Position numbers and translations under genes: made by a program. Below the pieces are notes generated by a model. It searched no databases. It saw only the letters and a program-made list of their open reading frames with translations, and was not told the DNA's origin. Of a stretch of 64,000 bases of DNA, positions 22,365 to 32,238 are shown piece by piece. Position 1 is the first letter of the stretch; each line of letters opens with the position of its first letter. The DNA lies in NCBI RefSeq assembly GCF_053078305.1, contig NZ_CP166879.1; one strand, written 5' to 3'.

Positions 22365-22473
22365 TTTTTAACCTCAAGGTGAGACGTTTGCCGACTATAG
22401 TACGTCACAGAGCGGTACGGTGAAATTAGCAAAATGTGCAAAGTCTTTTGCGAATTTAGCAAAAGTCTTACCC

Positions 22474-23823
22474 TTACCAGCTTACCTTCGCCTCAAATCC
22501 ACCTTGTTCCGCATTCCCAAACTCAACATTCATGCCATGCAGCTTGGCGATTCGCTGGACAATCGATAGCCCAAGTCCACTGCCGGTAGCGGTTTGTCCG
22601 GGTGGGCGATAGAAGCGTTCGCCAATTCGCGCTAGTGCCTCTGGCGTCACACCGGGGCCGTTATCCCTCACGATGAAATTATCGGCATTCAGCGTGACGT
22701 CTACCACGCTGCCCTGTGGACTGTAGCGCACGGCGTTATCCAGCAAATTTCGCACCAACAAACTTAGCAATAGCGGTTGCCCGGTGCGTTTGATGCTGTG
22801 GGCATTGAGTGTCAGTCGCACGTCAATTTTCGCCTGCTGCGCCGTGTGGTAAATATCCATCACCGACGATTGCAGGAGATCTTCAAGCGGGATCTCCGCG
22901 ACGTCCTGAAGGTTATCCAGTGAGTCCAGCCGCGATAGCGTGAGCAGTTGATCAACCAGACGAGTAGCGCGATCGATCCCGTAATGTAATTGAAGCAGTG
23001 CTTTTTTCCGCGCCTGCGGATCATCGTCAGAGAGCTGCGCAACTTCGGTTTGCACTTTCAGCGCCGTTAACGGGCTACGAAGTTCGTGAGCTGCGTCGGA
23101 GGTAAAGCGTCGTTCACGAACCATCATCGCATGTGTGCGGGCGAACAGTTGATTTAGCGACTCAACCAGTGGTCGCACTTCGCTGGGTACGCCAGTCGCG
23201 TTTAGTGGTTTTTCCGAGTCAGGGTCACGCATACGTAGTGCCAGCGCCAGTTTGTTCAGCGGCGCGAGTTCACGACCCAGTAGTACCATCATGATGATTA
23301 ACATAATCGGCAGTGCGACCAACCACGGGATCAATTGCCCGGCAACAATCGCCAGCGCCATGTCTTCACGGTATTCCCATTCCTGACCAACAACGATGCG
23401 ATATTTGCCATCAGGTGAGGTCATCCAGACAAAACGCCATTGATCTTTATCGCCCACCAGTTGCCCGTCAGCAAAACCTTCCCGTTGATAGCTATAGGGA
23501 ATATCTTCTCCGTTATCGCCATCGTTAAGGACCATTCTGCCGTCGTGGGTAAAGATGGCAAAGGTCAGCGCATCGTCATCAACATGACCGTGTTTTAATT
23601 TATTTGGCGTCTGTGCCATGCGATCCGCCGCGTTGATTTCGTTGAGATCGAGCGTACTTAACCGCTTGGCAAACAGCATCAGTTGGGTGTCGAACAACTC
23701 ATCGACGTTATCCGTTGTTTGTTTCCAGGCGACAAAGCTGGAAAGCAGCCAGGTCACCGAGGCCAGAATTAAAAAGATTAGCGTCAGCCTGACGCGCAGA
23801 CTAAGACGTTGGGTAAATTTCAT
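22474..23823 (-). CDS. qseC: Two-component sensor histidine kinase QseC
   Basis: 449 aa; two TM segments, H-box [12 protein letters not shown] and ATP-binding G-boxes; overlaps the qseB stop. Confidence 0.9.
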   Translation of the reverse strand: MKFTQRLSLRVRLTLIFLILASVTWLLSSFVAWKQTTDNVDELFDTQLMLFAKRLSTLDLNEINAADRMAQTPNKLKHGHVDDDALTFAIFTHDGRMVLNDGDNGEDIPYSYQREGFADGQLVGDKDQWRFVWMTSPDGKYRIVVGQEWEYREDMALAIVAGQLIPWLVALPIMLIIMMVLLGRELAPLNKLALALRMRDPDSEKPLNATGVPSEVRPLVESLNQLFARTHAMMVRERRFTSDAAHELRSPLTALKVQTEVAQLSDDDPQARKKALLQLHYGIDRATRLVDQLLTLSRLDSLDNLQDVAEIPLEDLLQSSVMDIYHTAQQAKIDVRLTLNAHSIKRTGQPLLLSLLVRNLLDNAVRYSPQGSVVDVTLNADNFIVRDNGPGVTPEALARIGERFYRPPGQTATGSGLGLSIVQRIAKLHGMNVEFGNAEQGGFEAKVSW

Positions 23824-24479
23824 TTCTCACCTAATGTGTAGCCAATACCATGCACGGTACGAATAAAATCACTACCGAGTTTGCGTCGCAGATGATGCAC
23901 ATGCACTTCAACGGCATTACTGGTGACATCTTCGTCCCAGGTATACAGTTTCTCTTCAATCAGTTTGCGCGGCAGTACCCGACCAGCGTTACGCATCAGT
24001 AATTCCAGCAGGGCAAATTCTTTTGGTTTCAGCGTTAAGGGTTCGCCAGCCAGCGTGGCGATACGTTTGCCGGGGTCGAGCATGACGTTCCCGTGGCGCA
24101 GTTCGTTGCTGGCCTGGCCGTTGGTTCGGCGCATCAGTGCTTCCAGCCTGGCGGCGACTTCTATCAACGCAAAAGGTTTACACAGATAATCGTCAGCTCC
24201 CAGACGCAGCCCCTCTACACGTTCCGCCAGCGCATCGCGCGCGGTCAGGATCAGTACCGGCTCACGCTGACCTTTTTCTCGCCATTCGCGCAAAATATCG
24301 CGACCATCCATGCCTGGTAAGGTTAAATCCAGGATCACCGCATCATAAGGCGCGCTATAAAGCGCCTCTTTTCCCTGACGACCTTGTGTAAACCAGTCGA
24401 CGCTAAAACCCATTTTACTAAGGCCCGTTTTGATGCCGTCGCCAATCAGCATGTCATCTTCTATCAGTAAAATTCGCAT
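23820..24479 (-). CDS. qseB: Two-component response regulator QseB (OmpR family)
   Basis: 219 aa; receiver motifs ([18 protein letters not shown]) and winged-helix C-terminus. Confidence 0.9.
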   Translation of the reverse strand: MRILLIEDDMLIGDGIKTGLSKMGFSVDWFTQGRQGKEALYSAPYDAVILDLTLPGMDGRDILREWREKGQREPVLILTARDALAERVEGLRLGADDYLCKPFALIEVAARLEALMRRTNGQASNELRHGNVMLDPGKRIATLAGEPLTLKPKEFALLELLMRNAGRVLPRKLIEEKLYTWDEDVTSNAVEVHVHHLRRKLGSDFIRTVHGIGYTLGEK

Positions 24480-24630
24480 TTTTTCATCCCTGCGATAACC
24501 GTATTTGCTGCCAGTAAACCGTGTTGTAACGCGCTCTGTACAGCATTAAATTTTATTTTTTTCCCTTAAGAAGTTGTTAAGGACTATCTTGTTAAATGCT
24601 CGGAAACAGACATTAAAGGGAGTAACAAAC

Positions 24631-25023
24631 ATGAAAAAATTCGCAGCAGTAATCGCAGTAATGGCCCTGTGCAGTGCACCGGTGATGGCAGCAGAGCAGG
24701 GCGGTTTTTCTGGCCCATCGGCAACGCAAAGTCAGGCTGGAGGATTCCAGGGGCCGAACGGCAGCGTAACGACTGTAGAAAGCGCAAAATCCCTGCGTGA
24801 CGACACCTGGGTAACCCTGCGCGGCAATATCGTTGAACGCATCTCTGACGATCTCTACGTGTTCAAAGATGCCAGCGGTACTATCAATGTTGATATCGAT
24901 CACAAACGCTGGAACGGCGTGACGGTGACGCCGAAAGATACGGTTGAGATTCAGGGTGAAGTCGATAAAGACTGGAATTCTGTTGAAATTGACGTCAAAC
25001 AGATCCGCAAAGTAAATCCGTAA
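24631..25023 (+). CDS. ygiW: Periplasmic BOF/OB-fold stress protein YgiW (VisP)
   Basis: ORF track 24574..25023; ATG 24631 with SD aaaggga gives signal peptide MKKFAAVIAVMALCSAPVMA, 130 aa. Confidence 0.85.
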   Translation: MKKFAAVIAVMALCSAPVMAAEQGGFSGPSATQSQAGGFQGPNGSVTTVESAKSLRDDTWVTLRGNIVERISDDLYVFKDASGTINVDIDHKRWNGVTVTPKDTVEIQGEVDKDWNSVEIDVKQIRKVNP

Positions 25024-25032
25024 TTGTTACCG

Positions 25033-25055
25033 CTCCCGGGATGCGTTCCCGGGAA
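25033..25055 (+). terminator. Hairpin after ygiW (possible terminator)
   Basis: cccggg-atgcgtt-cccggg stem-loop; weak T tract. Confidence 0.35.
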
Positions 25056-25075
25056 TAATTTCGCAGGGAGGCAAC

Positions 25076-25558
25076 ATGACAAACCTGACACTGGATGTAA
25101 ACATTATCGATTTCCCATCAATCCCTGTGGCGATGTTGCCGCACCGCTATAGCCCTGAGTTGCTCAACTACAGCGTGGCGAAATTTATCATGTGGCGTAA
25201 AGAGACGGGGCTTTCTCCTGTTAACCAAAGCCAGACTTTTGGCGTCGCCTGGGACGACCCTGCCACCACCGCACCGGAAGCGTTTCGCTTTGATATCTGC
25301 GGCAGCGTTAGCGAACCGATTCCCGATAATCGTTATGGTGTGAGCAATGGTGAACTTACCGGTGGACGTTATGCCGTGGCCCGCCACGTTGGCGAGCTGG
25401 ACGATATTTCACACACGATATGGGGCATTATTCGCCACTGGCTGCCTGCAAGCGGCGAGAAAATGCGTAAAGCACCGATTCTGTTTCACTACACCAATCT
25501 TGCCGAAGGGGTGACGGAGCAGCGACTGGAAACGGATGTTTATGTGCCGTTAGCGTGA
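25076..25558 (+). CDS. ygiV: GyrI-like small-molecule-binding domain protein YgiV
   Basis: 160 aa; recognised. Confidence 0.85.
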   Translation: MTNLTLDVNIIDFPSIPVAMLPHRYSPELLNYSVAKFIMWRKETGLSPVNQSQTFGVAWDDPATTAPEAFRFDICGSVSEPIPDNRYGVSNGELTGGRYAVARHVGELDDISHTIWGIIRHWLPASGEKMRKAPILFHYTNLAEGVTEQRLETDVYVPLA

Positions 25559-25666
25559 TGGGGAATCTTTACCGGAGTGTGAGCCAAATCACTCGCGATA
25601 AGTTTGAGCGAACAATGCCACAGGCGTATTGTTGTTGGGCTTATAATTTCTCCGGTAAGGAATACC

Positions 25667-27274
25667 ATGTATACGCGAAATTTATTATGGCTGGTCAGCC
25701 TGGTAAGTGCGGCTCCTCTCTACGCTGCTGACGTTCCCACCAACACACCGCTCGCTCCGCAACAAGTCTTTCGTTACAACAATCATAGCGACCCAGGTAC
25801 GCTCGACCCGCAAAAGGTGGAGGAGAATACTGCCGCGCAGATTGTGCTGGATCTGTTTGAAGGTCTGGTATGGATGGACGGTGAAGGCCAGGTGCAGCCC
25901 GCTCAGGCTGAACGCTGGGAGATAATGGACGGCGGCAGGCGCTATATTTTCCATCTGCGTAGCGGTTTGCAGTGGTCCGACGGTCAGCCTCTGACGGCAG
26001 AGGATTTTGTCCTCGGCTGGCAGCGCGCGGTTGACCCGAAAACGGCAAGCCCTTTTGCTGGCTATCTGGCACAGGCGCACATTAACAATGCCGCGGCTAT
26101 TGTTGCGGGTAAAGCAGATGTTACATCGCTGGGTGTCAAAGCGACGGATGATCGAACTCTTGAAGTTACGCTTGAGCAGCCGGTTCCTTGGTTCACGACG
26201 ATGCTCGCCTGGCCGACGCTCTTCCCGGTTCCTCATCATGTCATCGCTAAACATGGCGATAGCTGGAGTAAGCCAGAGAACATGGTTTACAACGGTGCCT
26301 TTGTGCTTGATCAGTGGGTAGTTAACGAAAAGATTACTGCACGCAAAAATCCAAAGTACCGCGATGCGCAACATACAGTATTGCAACAGGTTGAGTATCT
26401 GGCGCTGGATAATTCGGTCACCGGCTATAACCGCTATCGCGCGGGAGAGGTCGATCTCACCTGGGTTCCGGCGCAGCAAATTCCCGCCATTGAAAAATCA
26501 CTGCCTGGCGAGCTACGAATTATTCCGCGTCTGAACAGCGAATATTACAACTTCAACCTTGAGAAACCGCCATTTAACGATGTGCGAGTGCGTCGGGCGC
26601 TATATCTTACGGTTGATCGACAGCTTATTGCGCAAAAGGTACTGGGGTTGAGGACGCCCGCAACCACGCTGACGCCGCCAGAGGTAAAAGGCTTTAGCGC
26701 GACGACGTTCGATGAACTGCAAAAGCCAATGAGTGAGCGCGTCGCGATGGCAAAAGCCTTGCTGAAACAGGCGGGATACGACGCCTCTCATCCGCTACGC
26801 TTTGAGCTGTTCTACAACAAGTACGATCTGCATGAAAAGACCGCGATAGCGTTGTCTTCCGAATGGAAAAAATGGCTGGGTGCACAGGTGACGCTGCGCA
26901 CAATGGAGTGGAAAACCTATCTTGATGCCCGACGAGCCGGTGATTTCATGCTGTCTCGGCAGTCGTGGGATGCGACGTACAATGATGCTTCCAGCTTCCT
27001 GAACACGCTCAAAAGCGATAGTGAAGAAAACGTCGGTCACTGGAAAAATGCGCAGTATGACGCCTTACTAAACCAGGCCACGCAGATCACTGATGCGACA
27101 AAGCGTAATGCGTTGTATCAGCAGGCAGAAGTGATCATCAACCAACAGGCACCGCTGATTCCTATCTACTATCAGCCGTTAATCAAACTGCTTAAACCCT
27201 ACGTTGGCGGTTTTCCGCTGCATAATCCCCAGGATTATGTCTACAGCAAAGAGTTGTATATCAAGGCACATTGA
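25667..27274 (+). CDS. ygiS: Periplasmic solute-binding protein, family 5 (oligopeptide/DppA-like), YgiS
   Basis: ORF track 25604..27274; ATG 25667 gives signal peptide MYTRNLLWLVSLVSAAPLYA and 535 aa. Confidence 0.85.
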   Translation: MYTRNLLWLVSLVSAAPLYAADVPTNTPLAPQQVFRYNNHSDPGTLDPQKVEENTAAQIVLDLFEGLVWMDGEGQVQPAQAERWEIMDGGRRYIFHLRSGLQWSDGQPLTAEDFVLGWQRAVDPKTASPFAGYLAQAHINNAAAIVAGKADVTSLGVKATDDRTLEVTLEQPVPWFTTMLAWPTLFPVPHHVIAKHGDSWSKPENMVYNGAFVLDQWVVNEKITARKNPKYRDAQHTVLQQVEYLALDNSVTGYNRYRAGEVDLTWVPAQQIPAIEKSLPGELRIIPRLNSEYYNFNLEKPPFNDVRVRRALYLTVDRQLIAQKVLGLRTPATTLTPPEVKGFSATTFDELQKPMSERVAMAKALLKQAGYDASHPLRFELFYNKYDLHEKTAIALSSEWKKWLGAQVTLRTMEWKTYLDARRAGDFMLSRQSWDATYNDASSFLNTLKSDSEENVGHWKNAQYDALLNQATQITDATKRNALYQQAEVIINQQAPLIPIYYQPLIKLLKPYVGGFPLHNPQDYVYSKELYIKAH

Positions 27275-27411
27275 TGCCTTTATCGCCGTCGGAGCACGTC
27301 CGGCGGCGCTATTCACGCTGATCTCCTGTGACTCGACGCGGCAGATAATGTAGTATCTCCGGCAATATTGCCCCTTTGAAGGCTGGCGAATAAGTTGAGG
27401 AATCAGAATTA

Positions 27412-29670
27412 ATGAGCGATATGGCAGAGCGCCTTGCGCTACATGAATTTACGGAAAACGCCTACTTAAACTACTCCATGTACGTGATCATGGACCGTGC
27501 GTTGCCGTTTATTGGTGATGGTCTGAAACCTGTTCAGCGCCGCATTGTGTATGCGATGTCTGAACTGGGCCTGAATGCCAGCGCCAAATTTAAAAAATCG
27601 GCCCGTACCGTCGGTGACGTACTGGGTAAATACCATCCGCACGGCGATAGCGCCTGTTATGAAGCGATGGTCCTGATGGCGCAGCCGTTCTCTTACCGTT
27701 ATCCGCTGGTTGATGGTCAGGGGAACTGGGGCGCGCCGGACGATCCGAAATCGTTCGCGGCAATGCGTTACACCGAATCCCGGTTGTCGAAATATTCCGA
27801 GCTGCTATTGAGCGAGTTGGGGCAGGGGACGGCTGACTGGGTGCCAAACTTCGACGGCACTTTGCAGGAGCCGAAAATGCTACCTGCCCGTCTGCCAAAC
27901 ATTTTGCTTAACGGCACCACCGGTATTGCCGTCGGCATGGCGACCGATATTCCACCGCATAACCTGCGTGAAGTGGCTCAGGCGGCAATCGCATTAATCG
28001 ACCAGCCGAAAACCACGCTCGATCAGCTGCTGGATATCGTGCAGGGGCCGGATTATCCGACTGAAGCGGAAATTATCACTTCGCGCGCCGAGATCCGTAA
28101 AATCTACGAGAACGGACGTGGTTCAGTGCGTATGCGCGCGGTGTGGAAGAAAGAAGATGGCGCGGTGGTTATCAGCGCATTGCCGCATCAGGTTTCAGGT
28201 GCGCGCGTACTGGAGCAAATTGCTGCGCAAATGCGCAACAAAAAGCTGCCGATGGTTGACGATCTGCGCGATGAATCTGACCACGAGAACCCGACCCGTC
28301 TGGTGATTGTGCCGCGTTCCAACCGCGTGGATATGGATCAGGTGATGAACCACCTCTTCGCTACCACCGATCTGGAAAAGAGCTATCGTATTAACCTTAA
28401 TATGATCGGTCTGGATGGTCGTCCGGCGGTGAAAAACCTGCTGGAAATCCTCTCCGAATGGCTGGTGTTCCGCCGCGATACTGTGCGCCGCCGACTGAAC
28501 TATCGTCTGGAGAAAGTCCTCAAGCGCCTGCATATCCTCGAAGGTTTGCTGGTGGCGTTTCTCAATATCGACGAAGTGATTGAGATCATTCGTAATGAAG
28601 ATGAACCGAAACCGGCGCTGATGTCGCGGTTTGGCCTTACGGAAACCCAGGCGGAAGCGATCCTCGAACTGAAACTGCGTCATCTTGCCAAACTGGAAGA
28701 GATGAAGATTCGCGGTGAGCAGAGTGAGCTGGAAAAAGAGCGCGACCAGTTGCAGGGCATTTTGGCTTCCGAGCGTAAAATGAATAACCTGCTGAAGAAA
28801 GAACTGCAGGCAGACGCGCAAGCCTACGGTGACGATCGTCGTTCGCCGTTGCAGGAACGCGAAGAAGCGAAAGCGATGAGCGAGCACGACATGCTGCCGT
28901 CTGAACCTGTCACCATTGTGCTGTCGCAGATGGGCTGGGTACGCAGCGCTAAAGGCCATGATATCGACGCGCCGGGCCTGAATTATAAAGCGGGTGATAG
29001 CTTCAAAGCGGCGGTGAAAGGTAAGAGCAACCAACCGGTAGTGTTTGTTGATTCCACCGGTCGTAGCTATGCCATCGACCCGATTACGCTGCCGTCGGCG
29101 CGTGGTCAGGGCGAACCGCTCACCGGCAAATTAACGTTGCCGCCTGGGGCGACCGTTGACCATATGCTGATGGAAAGCGACGATCAGAAACTGCTGATGG
29201 CTTCCGATGCGGGTTACGGTTTCGTCTGCACCTTTAACGATCTGGTGGCGCGTAACCGTGCAGGTAAGGCTTTGATCACCTTACCGGAAAATGCCCATGT
29301 TATGCCGCCGGTGGTGATTGAAGATGCTTCCGATATGCTGCTGGCAATCACTCAGGCAGGCCGTATGTTGATGTTCCCGGTAAGTGATCTGCCGCAGCTG
29401 TCGAAGGGCAAAGGCAACAAGATTATCAACATTCCATCGGCAGAAGCCGCGCGTGGCGAGGATGGTCTGGCGCAACTGTACGTTCTGCCGCCGCAAAGCA
29501 CGCTGACCATTCATGTTGGGAAACGCAAAATTAAACTGCGTCCGGAAGAGCTACAGAAAGTCACTGGCGAACGTGGACGCCGCGGTACGTTGATGCGCGG
29601 TTTGCAGCGTATCGATCGTGTTGAGATCGACTCTCCTCGCCGTGCCAGCAGCGGTGATAGCGAAGAGTAA
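27412..29670 (+). CDS. parC: DNA topoisomerase IV subunit A
   Basis: 752 aa; GyrA-like N-terminus with active-site tyrosine context AAMRYTE; recognised. Confidence 0.95.
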
Positions 29671-29903
29671 TATGCCGGGGAGGGCGCTGTTTCCTCCCGC
29701 TTGCAAGGAACGCCGGATGAAACGTTAAGTCGTCATCCGGCAGCGTATTCAACCCCCGGAAACGATAAAAATTCCCTTGAAACCGTTGTTTATTCATGCG
29801 TTGCGATTAACAATACGCTTTTCCAGAGAGCGGCTTTTAACAATGCCCTAACCTGATTTCAGGTGACGTACAATGCCAGTCTCTCAGACCTTCAGAGGGT
29901 GTT

Positions 29904-30641
29904 ATGCTATATATCTTTCGTCTTATTATTACCGTGATTTACAGCATCTTAGTCTGTGTATTCGGCTCCATTTACTGCCTTTTCAGCCCGCGTAACCCGA
30001 AACATGTGGCCACCTTTGGGCATATGTTTGGTCGTCTTGCGCCGCTGTTCGGCCTGAAAGTTGAGTGCCGCAAACCTGCAGATGCTGAAAGCTACGGCAA
30101 TGCTATCTATATCGCTAACCACCAGAACAACTATGACATGGTGACAGCATCGAACATTGTGCAACCGCCGACGGTGACGGTAGGTAAAAAGAGCTTGCTG
30201 TGGATCCCCTTCTTCGGGCAGTTGTACTGGTTAACCGGCAACTTATTGATCGACAGAAACAATCGCACTAAAGCTCACGGCACTATTGCGGAAGTAGTGA
30301 ATCATTTCAAAAAACGCCGTATTTCCATTTGGATGTTCCCGGAAGGTACCCGCAGCCGTGGTCGCGGCCTGCTACCGTTCAAGACCGGGGCATTTCACGC
30401 GGCAATTGCGGCGGGCGTCCCGATTATTCCCGTGTGCGTCTCTACAACTTCGAATAAGATTAATCTTAATCGACTGCACAACGGTCTGGTGATTGTCGAA
30501 ATGCTGCCGCCAATTGACGTCAGTCAGTATGGCAAAGATCAGGTTCGTGAGCTGGCTGCCCATTGTCGTTCGATAATGGAACAAAAAATCGCCGAGCTCG
30601 ATAAAGAAGTCGCAGAGCGCGAAGCCGCCGGAAAAGTTTAA
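29904..30641 (+). CDS. plsC: 1-acyl-sn-glycerol-3-phosphate acyltransferase
   Basis: 245 aa; HX4D acyltransferase motif (NHQNNYD) and FPEGTRS motif. Confidence 0.9.
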   Translation: MLYIFRLIITVIYSILVCVFGSIYCLFSPRNPKHVATFGHMFGRLAPLFGLKVECRKPADAESYGNAIYIANHQNNYDMVTASNIVQPPTVTVGKKSLLWIPFFGQLYWLTGNLLIDRNNRTKAHGTIAEVVNHFKKRRISIWMFPEGTRSRGRGLLPFKTGAFHAAIAAGVPIIPVCVSTTSNKINLNRLHNGLVIVEMLPPIDVSQYGKDQVRELAAHCRSIMEQKIAELDKEVAEREAAGKV

Positions 30642-30715
30642 GTCGGCAATCTGTATTTTTGCGGGGAACACTTTCCTGCACGGTATTACTTTAGCCAGTT
30701 TTACATGGAGCAAAT

Positions 30716-32128
30716 ATGTCACTCAGTCGGCGTCAGTTCATTCAGGCATCGGGGATTGCACTTTGTGCAGGCGCTGTTCCCCTGAAGGCCAGCGCAGCCG
30801 GGCAACAGCAACCGCTACCCGTTCCGCCGCTGCTTGAATCTCGCCGTGGGCAACCGCTGTTTATGACTGTACAACGTGCGCACTGGTCATTTACGCCAGG
30901 GACACGCGCGTCGGTCTGGGGAATCAATGGTCGTTACCTGGGGCCGACTATCCGCGTCTGGAAGGGCGACGATGTTAAGCTTATTTACAGCAACCGCCTG
31001 ACAGAAAATGTCTCAATGACGGTGGCCGGGCTACAGGTACCAGGCCCGCTGATGGGCGGTCCGGCACGGATGATGTCGCCAAACGCTGACTGGGCACCCG
31101 TACTGCCCATTCGCCAGAACGCAGCTACTCTGTGGTATCACGCCAATACTCCCAACCGCACGGCTCAGCAGGTCTATAACGGCCTTGCCGGAATGTGGCT
31201 GGTGGAAGATGAAGTCAGCAAGTCGCTGCCTATCCCCAACCATTATGGTGTGGATGATTTTCCGGTCATTATCCAGGATAAACGGCTGGATAACTTTGGT
31301 ACGCCAGAATACAACGAACCGGGAAGCGGCGGCTTTGTTGGTGATACGCTGCTGGTTAACGGTGTGCAAAGCCCGTACGTTGAAGTCTCGCGTGGCTGGG
31401 TGCGCTTGCGACTGCTGAACGCGTCGAACTCTCGTCGCTATCAACTACAGATGAGCGATGGTCGCCCGTTACATGTGATTTCTGGCGATCAGGGATTCCT
31501 GCCTGCTCCTGTATCGGTGAAGCAACTTTCGCTGGCACCGGGCGAGCGCCGCGAGATTCTGGTGGATATGAGCAACGGTGATGAAGTGTCGATCACCTGT
31601 GGTGAAGCGGCGAGCATTGTTGATCGTATTCGCGGCTTCTTTGAGCCATCCAGTATTCTGGTTTCTACCCTGGTGCTAACGCTGCGCCCAACCGGCCTTC
31701 TGCCGCTGGTCACAGACAGTCTTCCGATGCGCCTGCTGCCAACTGAAATCATGGCCGGTTCGCCGATTCGCAGTCGCGATATCAGTCTGGGTGATGACCC
31801 GGGTATTAATGGACAGCTGTGGGACGTCAACCGTATTGATGTCACCGCGCAGCAAGGAACGTGGGAACGCTGGACGGTACGCGCGGACGAGCCGCAAGCG
31901 TTCCATATTGAAGGCGTGATGTTCCAGATCCGTAACGTGAATGGTGCGATGCCGTTCCCGGAAGACAGAGGCTGGAAAGATACCGTTTGGGTTGACGGAC
32001 AAGTGGAGCTGCTTGTTTATTTCGGTCAGCCTTCCTGGGCGCACTTCCCGTTCTACTTCAACAGTCAGACGCTGGAAATGGCGGACCGTGGCTCGATTGG
32101 GCAACTGTTAGTCAATCCGGTACCGTAA
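30716..32128 (+). CDS. ftsP: Cell-division protein FtsP (SufI), Tat-exported multicopper-oxidase-like
   Basis: 470 aa; twin-arginine signal MSLSRRQFIQASGIALCAGAVPLKASA. Confidence 0.9.
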   Translation: MSLSRRQFIQASGIALCAGAVPLKASAAGQQQPLPVPPLLESRRGQPLFMTVQRAHWSFTPGTRASVWGINGRYLGPTIRVWKGDDVKLIYSNRLTENVSMTVAGLQVPGPLMGGPARMMSPNADWAPVLPIRQNAATLWYHANTPNRTAQQVYNGLAGMWLVEDEVSKSLPIPNHYGVDDFPVIIQDKRLDNFGTPEYNEPGSGGFVGDTLLVNGVQSPYVEVSRGWVRLRLLNASNSRRYQLQMSDGRPLHVISGDQGFLPAPVSVKQLSLAPGERREILVDMSNGDEVSITCGEAASIVDRIRGFFEPSSILVSTLVLTLRPTGLLPLVTDSLPMRLLPTEIMAGSPIRSRDISLGDDPGINGQLWDVNRIDVTAQQGTWERWTVRADEPQAFHIEGVMFQIRNVNGAMPFPEDRGWKDTVWVDGQVELLVYFGQPSWAHFPFYFNSQTLEMADRGSIGQLLVNPVP

Positions 32129-32238
32129 TCTTCATACTCGCCCGAGGAGGGCGAGTATGGAATACTTTTCGATTTCTCTTTCGTTCCGGCTTATAATCCC
32201 CGGCCTTTGATTATTTTTTTATCATTTCTGGAAGCAAA

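Noticed and set aside
28195-29034. Long antisense ORFs inside well-supported genes (for example 279 aa in parC, 13283..13894 in parE, 50445..51395 in hybC, 48204..49118 in hybA, 33013..33651 in ygiQ, 25685..26479 in ygiS, 3187..3810 in ribB)
   Set aside because: Each is fully contained on the opposite strand of a gene with clear family motifs; the translations are Arg/His/Gln-rich with no motifs, as expected for stop-free antisense frames in GC-rich codon-biased genes.
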